DNA of 64,000 nucleotides from Chrysomallon squamiferum. Lineage: Eukaryota; Animalia; Mollusca. Both the position numbers and the translations under genes were made by a program. Of this stretch, positions 14,228 through 28,034 are shown piece by piece (within the stretch, counting starts at the first letter, position 1; the number at the start of each line of letters is the position of its first letter). The stretch is from NCBI GenBank assembly GCA_012295275.1, contig CM022676.1, positions 14,880,001 through 14,944,000 on the forward strand. Direction: 5' to 3'. The notes under the pieces were generated by a model. It was not told where the DNA came from. It did not search any database and worked only from the letters and a program-made list of their open reading frames with translations.

Positions 14228-14999
14228 TTTATTCATTTGCTAAATGTATTACAACATATTTAATTAATATTCAATTTAACTTTTTAAAGTTATTTTATTA
14301 ATTACTTATTATGAATATTATTAATTACTTATTATGAATATTATTAATTTATTTGTAGTGAGGTGACAGCATCTGTTTAGTAACATTATCTGACAACTGG
14401 TTACACATTAAAATGATTAATCTTAAATTTTCTCAGTCTTGGTTATACACCACATTCAGATCCCTTGTGACTGCTTCTGTCAATTCTACCAACTAATACT
14501 GTTCTGAAATCATAAAAAATTAATTATAATTAAAATATTACCTGAACAGGATCCAACCATTTTCCATGTATTTTATCTCGCATACCAACATTCTTAAACA
14601 ATCATTCCAAAACATACACACACACACAATAAGAATAATATCAATGTAATAAACATAATAATAGAGACAAATTTACAATAGTGTGTGCAGGTTTTTCCTT
14701 TCCAAGATGTTTTGGTACAGAACTTTGTCCAGTCTGAGCTGATTTCAGTTTCCAGGATGAAATAGCAAATACAGACTGTAAGTAAATAAAAATAAAAAAC
14801 GAATATTCACTAATATTTCTGTACTTGTTTAATATTACTGGTTATCATGATTTATATATCTATAATGATTACAATTACTACGACCTGTTAATAACGTGTT
14901 AACATTTTTAAATATTAATATTTCTTAAGTATAAAACTAAATTTATGAATAGAAATTGTACAGAGAGACGTATTAGGCTGTGATGACCTCTGCACAATC

Positions 15000-17900
15000 T
15001 ACATAACTCCGCCCCAGAAGGGAGGCAACTCTATCATTGCTTAATATGACAAAGTTAAAACATGGCGGACGAATCGCTTCCACAAACTACCGGTTGCTTT
15101 CTGTCTGGATTATTTAAGAGATACCACTATATTTTTGAAAAGCTATGAGTAAGGTTTCAGGTACTTCAGTCAAGATTACACCTGTAACATGTTTTGGAAT
15201 GATGACGGCACCATTTTTATGTCAGTTAAATCGGATCGGTCGTTGAAGAAGAGCGAAAAACCTATGGGATCCACGTGGATATGAGCCCGACTGTGACATC
15301 TTGTGTTGATTGTTCTTGTCAGCAGCGTAAGTAAGAACATAATTAATGATTTTATTTACATTGAGGAGTTTTCAAAGTGCATCTGGACATTTCAAAGTAA
15401 TATTTAATAAATTTCTTATCTTTCAAGATATATCATATTAGTATATTCTAATTATTAAAGCTCTTATATGCATTGTTGTTTTGTTTTAATTGTTTCTGGT
15501 TTCTTACTTTATATAAAGGTTAGAATTATTCATCAAAAATAGAAAAATTAAAAGATCTGAAAATTATCTATGAAGAGATTTGTTTTTCCTCTCATGACAT
15601 TTTTTTCTACAGTACAGTTCAGCTGGTTATTAATGTAATAAAATCAAAAATATATTATTACATGACTCTTTAAAAACAAATTACCTCATTCCTTCATAAG
15701 ATGTGTTTAATACAAAAGCAAAAATACAATGCTATATTATATATGTATGTTCTTAAATGAAACATTAATTCCTTCTTTTTCTCATTAACATATAATATTT
15801 ATTATATTTATTATAATCATTAAATGATTAATATATTTAAATGTTTATAGTAAATTAATATTACTTTTATTGTTGTGTTGTTATTGCTATTATTACAACT
15901 ACTACCATTATTACTATTAACCACTACTACTACTATGCGTGTTGTTGTTATTGTTATTATTGTTGATCATTTTTATCATCATCATGATTAAAATGTGTTG
16001 AAAAAAGTAATATTATTTTATTATTCAAGTGAAACCTCAACTAATCAAGAGTCCGATTGTCAAATGATGTGTAGCCTGTGTTAAAATGTTTTCTGAAACC
16101 TCTCAACAGTGACAGGGTATGTTGTTTTATTAGTTTGAATGTGTGTGTGTGTGTGTGTGTGGATCACTAGATTGTATACTGAAATTTAGAACATTTCTAC
16201 AACCTGTGTTTGAAATGTTTGTCCAATCTGTTCAGCTTGTTATTAAAACATGTGGTAGTGACCACATGATCAAAAGTTAGAACTAAAGTTTACTTAGTTG
16301 TCTTAAAAGTATTACCTAGAGATAAAGATTACTTTATTGCAAAGTCAGTCAGAGAGAGAGAGATTGGTTATACATGTGTGTATCTGTGTTTTAGGCAATT
16401 TCATAGATAAATAAAAATAACAGAAACATCGAGTAACGATAATAAGCAGAGAAAAATGCATTTGTCTGACAAATGTAGATTGTTAAAAAAATATATCATA
16501 TTTTTGTTAAAATTACTAAACTTTATATTTACTATTGGTGTTAAGTATTTTACGTAGGTCACAACAGGTCCTGTCTACAAAGAGAACTTACATCATGGAG
16601 AAGGATGAATCAGCTGTTACAGAAACCATTCTCATGTAGTCTGCACCACTCTGAATTGTGAGTTTATTTTAGTTTTGTGTCTTAGAGAGTAAAATACCCT
16701 TTGAAACAATTCTTTATTGATTTGAAAATAGTGTAATAATAATCAGATTTTTCCTGTTTTGCTAATTATTATTTTTATTATTATTAACATTATCATCAGT
16801 ATCATTATAATGTATTACTCAGTGCCATGAGGATTCCCCTATGTTGTAAATATGTCTTAGGCATGTTACTAATGAGCTGGCTTGCTCTAGGGGTATCAGA
16901 TATGGGATCTATGTATGCAATATATCATGTTTTTGTACATTAGAACACAACAAACAGAAGACTGTATTTGCACTGGCGCTGAACATTCAGTATAGTAGTA
17001 AAGAAATATTTTAATCTGTCACATCAGTCACACATGGGTTACTACAATGAAAACAGAAAATATATATAACTAATTACTCAGTGGACAGCGACTGATCCCT
17101 CAAACAAACAAAAAAATCTCCAAGCTTTTATTAAGAAATAAAATGGACTTATTATGGACTTATTATTATTTATAAGAAAGAAAAGAGATTTGCTTTATCT
17201 GTCAAAGTGTTACAGTTCTTGCTGCTAGATCATTCTGTGAAACACCAACCACTCTCAAGGTGATAATTAATCCTGAAATAACCAGGCTTTTTGTTGATTC
17301 AGCAGACTGAATAAACAGTCAGATACAAGTGACATTAACAAGCGGAAGATTCTTCTGTCTCACTTAGTAACATTATTTATTAATAACAAAGTACATTCCA
17401 GAAATATCCTACACACTATTTTACCTCAATCCAGTAACTGATATCAGTGAAACTTAAGTTTTAATAATACTAATACTACTAATAATAATTAGTTATTCAT
17501 TTATAATTGTTTATTTATTATTGATTACTTTTATTATTTTTTTTATTTTTCAGAATGCACACATCACTCTAACTGATGCTCTGATGCTGTCAGGTGCCAG
17601 TGATATTGTTTTCAATAGAACATGCTGTCAGGTATTTTTTCTTTTCTTTTATTTATTTATTTATTTCATATTTATTATCTTGTTAAATCAAATTTTTTAT
17701 TTTTTTTATTAAAATGAGCTTATTTGGCTCTGTTAAAGTTTATTTATTTTCTTCATTTTATACTTTGGAAAATATATGGTAAAATATTCAGTTTTAGTGT
17801 ATATACTGATGGATTCGTTTACCAAAGTAAATACATTTTTATTATTTAAAATCAATCACTTCAGACTTAAAAAAGATCCTTATATAATGGTTGGTATTTC

Positions 17901-18952
17901 CGAAGGCTGCTAGTAAAGAAAGAATTTAAAGTCATTCATCCTTCATTAAGTGATAGGTGAAAAGAAGGAGAAGAATTATGATTGTTGTAGTTAAATGTGT
18001 AAATGTATGAGAGAAAAACTGGATGAAAGAAAGGAGAGACAGAGAAAGAAGGAGAGGGAGAATGATATTTGGGGGGCATATTTTGTATAATCTATCATGT
18101 AATGTAATGACACCTCAGTCTTTACATTCAGCATTTTGAACATGTAATTTTTAAACTTTCAGACAAATTAAAACTTTTAACACGTCCAGTGAACTTCCAT
18201 CAGGCACTGAGGACACGGTTATTTTCTGGTTAAATAAAGACTGTTCTGCTGCCATTGCAAAAGAGAACAAATCTGAGCAGGTGAATTTCAGTTTGTTTTC
18301 TTACATATTTGTCATTTTTCTAAACCTAATGAAGTGTAATTTAATTTAATATATGAAGCTGCAGTTTGTTGATAATTTATCAGTAAGTACATGTGTACAT
18401 ATACACAAATTACATTAGTATCCTGTAACACAACCTACACTTCATACCATGTATGTTTGACTTGTGCATGCTTGTGTGAGCATGTGTGCACACACACACA
18501 CACAAACACATTACTTACATTCATGTAAATGTGATTATTTTGTTGTAAATGTTTATTTCTATATTATAAAACAAAAGAAGAAGCTTCATATTTCATCAGT
18601 TTAATAAAATGTTTAACTTTCCTGTTACCAGACTGGAACTGCCAGCCCTTCACACAGAGTCACTGTTCCTGTGATGACAGACATACTAAAAGATGTAGAG
18701 ATGGATGTACAGTTCCTGTTGTCTGAAGTTTCTATTGTCCGCAGTCTCTCAGTTTTCATGGTTTGTTTAATAACAACATTTTTGTATTAGAAGGTAATTT
18801 TAAAAATTAGATATACTAAATTTATGAATATTAATTTCTAGTTAAGATACATGTGTTGTTGATTTTGAATTTTATATTTCATATTTGACAAATTTATATT
18901 TTAATATTAGGTCAGGTTTTCTGTTGTGTTTTTAATATGGCCTGAAAATATA

Positions 18953-19015
<63 letters not shown>

Positions 19016-21400
19016 GAGTTTTTAATTATGATTCAGAATATTAGTTTGCAAATCCAAAATTGTTTTATATCTTTTATTATTTGAATTTATGAAATTTGTT
19101 ACTCTACTGGAAAAATTGGTATTTGTAATATTCAGTTTTAGTGTTCAGACTGACAGATACTTTTTTTATTATTTAAAATGGATGATTTCAGACTTTAAAA
19201 GATCCTTATATGATGGTCAGAATTTCATAAGGCTACCAATAAAGAAAGTTAATATCAAAGGAATATTAAAATGAGTGCATCACAGTTAAATTTAATGAAG
19301 ATTTATTTCATCAGACAGCTTATGTTGCGTTCAGCATCTCGCTATGGTAACGGGAGGTCAAATGTCACAAAACATAGCTTTCAGTTTCACAAAAGTGAGT
19401 TGAGATTCACAAGTACTCCAGAACTAAACAAATCAAACTCTTCACTGTAAGTATTCACTTAATTCATTTTGTTATAATTTGTAGTGATGGATAGACTGGC
19501 TCAGTGGTTAGAGTACATGGTTAAAGTGTGTTGAGTTCCAGTATCAGTCCTACATGGAGGACTAATAAAGTTGTTTAACAATGTAGTCATGGATCTGTGC
19601 CTGATGTTGCTAAAATCATGGTATATGTTTGTTTTTTTCTGTGGAAAGATGTATATTAAACAAAAACAAAATTAGTTACTTGTGTCATCAGGTTTATTGG
19701 TATTTACCTTTAAAGATACAAAGAAGTAGTAAAAAACATGCTATACAGGTTCTAAAATAAAATTGTTCATCTTTATTTTAGATTTGTTCTATTTTAGCTA
19801 CATTTAATATTTATATTTATTAATAATCAGGTTATAATGAAGTATTTTTAAAAATATTTATTTTTAATTTTTCATTAACTCAGACTGTGTGTATGTTTAT
19901 CAGTTTATCTGTATGCATGCAGGCACAATTGAAATCCAATAGCTGAAAGATATTTTTGTCAACAAACATTCATTTCTATCAGTAAATGGTATTGATATAC
20001 ATATATAACAGTAAATAATGTTTAAATCAAAACAATAAAGAAATAAATTAAGTTTGTTTTTACTTTTTCAGACACACAGCACAAAACAGACAAGTGTTGT
20101 TACCTAAAGTTCAGAATGGGACACACACAGACAGCAGAACAGACAGAGAAGTTTCTAAAATGACTGGTAAGAAAAACACACACATTAACTTAGCTGTTTA
20201 ACTATCAATTTACATTCTTCTCAGTTTTTGTGTTGTGTGTATTCTCAATACAGAGTAAGAAAAGCAGATTAGTACAAGGAAAGTCTACAATAATAAGCAA
20301 AGTAATTGTAGTGTACAAATATACTTAGAATACTTCATTATTTCCATACTTCCATTATCATTGTTTTATTCTTGTCCATTAATCATTATATTTTCTTTAT
20401 CTTATGATTTTTTTCTTCTTCTTATATTTTTCTTCTTATTTTACTTATTTATTTGTTATATTTTTTTATCTACAATTATTTTCTATCATAACATTTTTAA
20501 TCCATAGAAAAAACTCTAACAGACTGAGTATGCCAGCATTTTACACTAATTTACTCAGTCTGTGAGGTTTAATTTACATATCTCATATTTTTGTTATTAT
20601 ACATATAAATTAAAATACAAACTAAAATAAAATGTCTTTATTTTAATCCTCTTCATCATCATCATTATATATTTTAAAAACTATCTCCATCATTATACAT
20701 TTTTACCTTTCGCTTCATGCAGTTTATTAGTATAATATAAAATATACATTTTTGCAAATAATGTATTAACTAATTAGTTATTTGTTATTAATTGTTTTAT
20801 TTTTTTAATATAAACTGAAAATGATTTTGATTAATTTTACCAAGTGAAATGTTTGTGTTTTTTTAACAAGTTTAAATTTTTTATGCTTCTCAATAAAAAA
20901 ATGATGTAGCCTATAAAAAGAAGTAAATCAATGTACTTTAGTGGTTTGATTAAATAGTAATAGTAAAAAAAGCATCTATATACAATTTCGTATGTTTATT
21001 AATAAAAAAAACAAATGCTTTATTTTGTTTCAGTTTCTTTTCTTGTTTTCCTTTTTCTTTTTCTTTTTTTTCTTCTGTTTTTAATTTATTAATTATCATG
21101 TAATAAATTCATTAATATTTTGTTTTTCTCACAGATATAATTCTGGAGCTAAACGTTTCACTGAAGTGACATCAACCAAACATTTATCTGTGTCCATTGA
21201 TGTTGTTATCAATAATTATCTCTGAAAGACTGGGAAGACAACAGCAACATCAAAGAAAGTGTATTAGGAAGATGTAGATCTCACAACACACATCACCATC
21301 ATCCTTACATCATCAACAGCTGCATCAGCACTTGACTCTTTACATCGTTGTCATGGTTATAATTCTTAATGACAAATCTTTTATAAATATATATATATTT
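15000..21400 (+). ncRNA. Candidate multi-exon non-coding or pseudogenic transcript from a CpG-richer promoter-like island at ~15.0-15.3 kb
   Basis: GC box (ctccgcccc, ~15007) and YY1-like aaaacatggcgg (~15057). Compositionally distinct blocks with canonical splice sites: ..15326, 16030-16116, 16558-16657, 17554-17631, 18163-18280, 18632-18793, 19315-19446, 20072-20166, 21135... No continuous ORF across the junctions I checked. The 3' end is approximate. Confidence 0.4.
19489..19660 (+). mobile_element. Degenerate tRNA-derived SINE
   Basis: A-box-like TGGCTCAGTGG at 19497-19507, a decayed B-box region, and a body (catggtatatg...ctgtggaaagatgtatattaaa) resembling molluscan SINE cores as I recall them. 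It does not form a full tRNA cloverleaf. Confidence 0.5.
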
Positions 21401-22116
21401 TTTAATTATTTAATTTAACCATTTTGTTTTTATTTTTCTCCTGTGGACAATATTTTACTTTATTTTCTTATTTTAATATCTTTACCATGAAACTGCCAAG
21501 CTTTTCAAAAAGTCTTTCTTTCAGTTTTTGCAGTAGTTTTTCAGAGTCAGAAATTGCATGTTACAGTTGTTTGTGTAGTCTTTCAAAATATCTAGATATC
21601 TGAAGATATATTTATAGTTAAACAAAGTTTGTTTTTTTTTGTGAATTTTTTATATTATCTTTTGCTTATTATTTATTTTTATGATGTAACCAGGAATAAG
21701 ATAAACAAAAAATATATTTGTTACTTTCAAGAATTTGTTTTCATAGCTAAAGCATTCAGCCAATACTTTTCTTTTTGAGAAAAAAAGTCTTGCTTAGATT
21801 TTTTCATTATTATTAATTTTATTTTGAGTAAATAATAATTGAATATTTAATCTCAATGCCTTTTGATAAACAATACTTGTAATATTTGTTGTATGAGACA
21901 TCTTTTCCATGTTGTTAATGTTCTTCATGTGAAGTAAATGTGACCTGTTTCTATAAAAGGTACACAAAGTTGCTGTCATTGTCATGTTTTTATAAAGTGT
22001 TTCCAGCTTTACTGATTATTTTTATATCACCTTAAAAACTTGTAGTAATAATCAAAACAGTTGTTCAGAGAACATTTTAACTTTCTGACCATTACTGTTG
22101 TTACTCTATGTTGTTA

Positions 22117-22160
<44 letters not shown>

Positions 22161-23504
22161 TTATTATTATTGTTATTATTATTACTATTATTATTATTAT
22201 TACTATTATTATTATTATAATTATTATTATTTAGATAACAAAACATTAATCTACATATAATATTAGTGTCAATTTCTCATATTGATTTATAAAAATATTC
22301 TAAAATTTAAAATTATTTTGGTAAATAAATATTTATTTTTAATCATCTGTCTTTCATTGTGGACCATATTGCTTCTGTGTTAGATTTCCTGAATATCTAT
22401 AAATTTGGCTTTGATCGTGTACATAAAGAAATTCACATTTCGTTTTTTCATTTGTTCTTAGATTTTTCACAATACTTTGTTTCAGTTCAGGTTTAATTTG
22501 CATTTTTAAAGCTACTTTAAATTCAAGCATGCTGATTTTAAACATGGTAATGAAATATGCTAATTTAAATATGCTGACTAGAACATCATAGTTTATATCA
22601 GATGATTTCAACTTTATAATAGAAATATGCTGATGGGAAAATCTTAATTTCAATGTGCCAGTTAAAAGATGCTTTTTCAAATATGTTCATTTAAAACATT
22701 TATTCATTTAAATTCTTGTATATATCTAGAAATGGTCACCTTAAAATAAACAGTAATTTTCAGATCTTTAATTCATAGGGTGTGAAATAAAATCTCTGAC
22801 AAACCCATGATATTTCACATCACTGTTTGTCAGATGTAGCTGCAAGTTTTGTTATGATTATTTTGAACATGATTAATTAGGCTGCATCAAAGCTTGTACT
22901 TTTTTTATGTTTTTTTTTTTAAAGATTCAAAAAAGACTTAGAGCTATAAAAATGTGTAACTGTATATTGTATCTTAATTATAAATGACTTAATTAAAAAA
23001 AAAAAAAAAGAATTGTGTTTTATAACCATGGAATTTTTGCGTTGTTTCATAATGAATTTATGTTCTCCAGTGCAAAATGTTAAAGAGAAAAGAAAATGTC
23101 AAAGTGAAACTTGTGTAAAACTTAAGTCTGTGTATTTAGAACTCAAGTTTTGTTTCACTTTCATATTATTCGCATCCGTAATGAATGCATAATGAATATT
23201 CATATCTGTACAATTATATATAAAACAAATTAATTTTTAAAAGTATTTTAGTTATCAAGTTAGAAACTAAACCATATAGAAATTGATAATAATATTAAGT
23301 ACATTAATCCACTAAAACAGTGTTATATTTTATATAGGTAGAGAAATATTAGACTAGCTGGTTCAACAAACATCAGATAAAACAACAAGAATAAAAAATA
23401 ATAATGAAAATAAATAAATAAAAACACAAACAAACAACAGCAAATATAATCCTCTCCTTTAGGTCAGCTGGGAATAATTTAAGTGTGTTTTACACTGAAC
23501 GAGT

Positions 23505-23585
23505 TGAATGAAGGAAATGTTTCTTGTAACAACCCTGCACTCACCATGTTTACAGTTTTATGGTGTTGAACGTACAGTTAAGTAC
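23505..23585 (-). mobile_element. Probable degenerate SINE 3' tail
   Basis: tgaatgaaggaaatgtttcttgtaac..gcactcaccatgtttacagttttatggtgttgaac..gttaag resembles the reverse-complemented tail of a common gastropod SINE (from memory only). Confidence 0.3.
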
Positions 23586-25339
23586 AGAACTGTACACTCC
23601 ACAGTCTTTGTCACAAAGCTGGTTTGAACGAGAAGGCTGGAACGTTCTGTAGCTGTTTTAGTTAGATGACAATTCTAATGTGTTTACTCATCATTCTGAT
23701 AACAGTGTTTACAAGTAAAACACTTTCATATGTTGCAAAAGGAAATACACGCACTGGTGGTGTTATTGTTCTCGTTTTCGTTATTGTTGCTGTTATTATT
23801 ATTATTATTGTTGTTATTATTGTTTTTCATTTATTAAACAAATTTGGTCTTTACTTATTGTATTTCACCTGGTAGTTTTGCACTTTCCTGTTTATTTCAC
23901 TTAAAATATATTATTAAAAAGTGTAAAGATTTAAGGTAGATGGAAAACAGATAACAGAATGGAAAACAAGCATTTTTATCATTCTGATTTTCCTCTTTAT
24001 TTTTTTTATTTTTTTTTTAAATTATTGTTATTATCATTGAAATAATTAATACTTGTCACTGTTTCTGTTGTTATTCACAATAAAATGAAGAAGAATACAA
24101 AGTATTTTCATTATGAAGATTTTGCTGTTTCGGGGTTTTTTTTCCTGTTTTTTTAAATTATTCTGATTATCATTAACTTTATTAATATTTGTCACTGTTT
24201 CTGGTATCATTCAGGATAAAAATGAAGAAAATGGCTGTGTAATGAAGAAGGATGTAGAAAGTTAAAGTTCAGAAAACAGTTTATGTGACAAAGAAATGAA
24301 AAAACTTGAGTCTGTAAAGAGAACATGTTACCTCTTTTTCACAGAATGATTATACTGGAATTAATGATGAAACTGAAATGAGTAAAGATGAATTCATTGT
24401 CTGATCTGGCTTCAGAACACATGTTTATATAAACATAGAGGGCCACAAAACAGATTAAAGCTAATTACTGACAACATTTGTTTCTGAGAAAAGTAAATCC
24501 TCTCTTAACATCTCATTCTCTGATTAACTTAATTCTGTTTGCAAGAGCAAAACATGTATTTATATCTGTGAAAACATTACCAGTTTTCTTTATTCCTTTG
24601 TGCATTGCCTAGGCTAAATGTTTCAACTGTGGTTTTAGCATTTCTCGGTTTATAATAGGAAAAGTTAGGTTTAGGGGTAATTTAAATATAGTTATGATTA
24701 GCAGTTCCCTCCTGGGTAGGTACATGTTTAAATAGCTACTTATATAAAAAGGACTTTCATATGAAACTTTTTTGATCAGTGTCAGGATCTATACTATTTG
24801 AATAAATCCTTAATTTTAGCATATTGCAACAAACAAGCTTATAGCTCAGGTTAGGATGGGGCTGATCTAGGACTAGGACTAGGTTCAGAGTTAGGTTTAC
24901 GTTTAGATCTAGGAGTAGGTTTAGTACCTATTTTGTCCGGAGAATTTTCATATAAGACTTGGAAAATGTTGTTATTCGGGTTAGGATAAACTTGAAAATA
25001 GCTTTATTTCTTAACTAAGCTTAGGAATCTTAAATTTATTTTATTTTTAGAGGAAATGTTATGGCTTAGGTTAAGATTAAGGTTTTGGTCAGAAGAAACT
25101 TCGTATAAAACTTGCAAATTTTGTGTGTCTTTGTGTGTGTGTGTGTCTATATATATGTATGTGTATATGTATGTGTATGTCTGTGAGTATATGTATATGT
25201 AGTTTATCTGTCTTATTCTCTGTCTTATGTACGTCTGATTAGACTCTGCACTAGACATTATTCGTGATCGCACTGGCGCAGGACGACAAAGTCCAATCAC
25301 GACCTCAGAAACCCGTCAGATGTCGCTGACAAGACACTT

Positions 25340-25770
25340 GTAACTTTACTTGTATGAGAGGTTAAACCGAACATACGCGACCTGTATCTATGTTTACATT
25401 ATTTCTGTCACAAACACAAAGATATAACACGTCTTCTATGAGAAATAAGTACAAACGTACCTGACTTACATATACGTGAGTTCTAAGAGAAGTTAACACA
25501 AATCTGCATGAATTACATAAACTTTTATCATAACTGGTATAAGAACGTGAAACAAATGTATGTGACTTACATATATTAACGACATGACTTTTATGAGAAG
25601 TTAGTACAAATGTAAGTCATTTACATATACTTTTAATGTAACTTCAGTTACAAGTTAACATAAAATACGTGATTTATCTAAACTTTTAAAATTACTTCTA
25701 CGAGAAGTTAAAACTAATATTAGAAATTACACATAATGTTTTCACTACTTCCGTAAGAGGCTAATTCAAA
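25340..25770. repeat. Degenerate ~52 bp minisatellite (unit approx. acaaatgtacgtgacttacatatacttttaacgtgacttctatgagaagttaa); related arrays at ~32575-33240, ~42800-43510, ~52280-52940, ~62120-62850
   Basis: Recurrent tgacttacatata / acttctatgagaagttaa motifs at roughly 50-55 bp period, here and 3' of every lectin gene. Confidence 0.7.
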
Positions 25771-26767
25771 CGATGGTATGTACATGTGTGTATATGCGTG
25801 TCTTTGTGAGTGTGTGTGTGTAAAAATAATCAAAATGAACTAACATTGTATAGACTGAGAAGAATGAAACTGATCATTACTTTAAAAACTAAAAGAGATA
25901 AAGAAATTAAAGTTTCGGCCATAGACTTACGCAACCACAAGGATCACAACGTTTTGTAATGTATTAATATATTTTTCTATTGTAATAAAACATTCAGCGT
26001 TGTTTCCTTCTTATATTTTGTTTACCATTTGAAGGAAGAAAAGAAATAAAGAATTAAATAAGTAAGTAAATAAAGATAACACTAGTAGTAGTAGTAGTAG
26101 TAGTAGTAAACTGTATATTTACAATAGTGAATTTCAACATGTTCAGTTAATCAGAGTAAGAACAAAAATAAAATAATAAATAAATAAATTAGTCAGTTCA
26201 AGAAATCGTAATACATTTTATTTGTCTTTATATGTTTAAATACACTTTCTTAAAAACAAGAAAAAACAATAACAACTAACTAAATAATTAACTAAATTAA
26301 ATATATTTAAAATAAATAAATAAGTAAATAAAAGAAGGAAAGAAAGCCAAAAGAAAGAGAAAATTAAAATACAGGCTAATTATATTACTACTACTACTAC
26401 TACTACTACTAATACTACTACTAATAATAATAATAATAATATAGCAGAAAATAAAAGTAAGAAAGAAGAGCAATCCACCTAAAAGAGTTACGAAGTAACT
26501 ATTTACTTTTGAGAAAGCAGTGATGATAATAATACATGTCCACCGACAGAAAAGTTCAAGGTTGTGTATCCTTAATGACTGCAGTCATCAGTAGTCAGTC
26601 ATTTTTATCTTCGTCCATAGTGCTGTCATTTCTGGTTCACTTTGAGATTTGTGAAAACGAAAGACTCTGACACAGTTAGTCTAACAGCAAACAAGCTAGG
26701 CACACTTTCTCTTCCCATTTATATTCAACGTCACTTGGTTTTATGTACTATACATCTGCAATATCTA

Positions 26768-26775
26768 TGACGTCA
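26768..26775. promoter_or_regulatory. Perfect CRE upstream of the putative first non-coding exon of lectin-TSP1 copy 1
   Basis: TGACGTCA at 26768-26775, ~90 bp before a CAG|GTAAT donor at ~26867. Confidence 0.4.
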
Positions 26776-27011
26776 CAATTATCACCGACAGAAAATACTG
26801 AACAAGAACGAAATTTAAAACCAGATAAGATTATTGTCCATGATAACTTCATGTCACTTTCATCAGGTAATTTCTTCTTTATTTATTTATTAATTTTCCC
26901 CCTTGATTTTCTTCTCTTTTTTTTTCATTTTTCTTTCTTCTTAGATTAATTTAAATGTTAAAAAAATATTTAAAAAAATGCAAGAAGAAGAAGAACAACA
27001 ACAACAACAAT

Positions 27012-27053
<42 letters not shown>

Positions 27054-27744
27054 AATAATAATAATAATAATAATAATGACGTGCCAGGTCATCTCGAAGA
27101 TTCACATCTGCAACGAGATTTAAATCACTTTTTCGAATTTTTTCATGGCGTTATTTTAACTTTCTTCTAATTTCTTAACATACCAAGAATTTATTCTGCA
27201 TACTTCAATTTTATATTTCAGGTAATCATTATATTTATTTATGTGTTTATTTGGAATTTTTCGTTAGGTGATGTTTATCTGTACCATTTGGTAATCAATG
27301 AAATTTCAAAGAATTAAATACGTCAAACTTTAATGAGTCTTACCAGTCAGATTTCGACAGAACGAAACATTTGAAACATTTCTATTGTATTTTAATACAA
27401 CTACTATTTTTCTTTGATCAAAGCTTTTGTGTTGTTTTTATAAGTTTACTCTTCTGATATTATTATTATTACTATTATCGTCGTCGTCGTCATCATCATT
27501 ATTATTATTATTGTTGATGTTGTTGTTGTTATTATATAATGATAATACCAACAACAATCAGTATTTATTTCCTATTTTACTTTTAGCATTATTATTAAGT
27601 TAATATTTCTACATTTTATTAAGCCATTCTGGTATACATACACACACTTACATATATACAGTCATGTATGAACACAGAAAGATCATTGCATTTTATGTCG
27701 TACACATTCATGTTTTTTATCTTTCCAGGACCTGTTTTACTACC

Positions 27745-27964
27745 ATGTCATTTATAATATACTTCACTATAACGTTCAGCATTGCAACGCGTTGCGGTAA
27801 GTACATATTATATATTAGTATAAGTATATAGAGACAGATGTATGATGAATGAACATAAAAGTGTATTCAGAAATGATCATGTTCCCAGATACAGAGAGAA
27901 ATGTGCTTCCATCTTAAACGTGGCATTTTCACTCAGACATGCAGAGAGACAGCGAGTAACATAC

Positions 27965-28034
<70 letters not shown>

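Noticed and set aside
19489-19560. tRNA gene
   Set aside because: Only the A-box/D-arm-like part is recognisable. There is no intact T-arm or acceptor stem, and it continues into a SINE-like body.
25340-25770. Periodic ~52 bp repeats as a CRISPR-like array
   Set aside because: The context is eukaryotic, the units are degenerate along their whole length with no constant-repeat/unique-spacer pattern, and there are no cas genes.
2836-27170. Dozens of short ORFs rich in I/L/Y/N/F or ER/SL runs
   Set aside because: They are translations of (ATT)n, (TTTA)n, (GA)n, (CA)n and (AAC)n microsatellites with no domain signal or splice logic.
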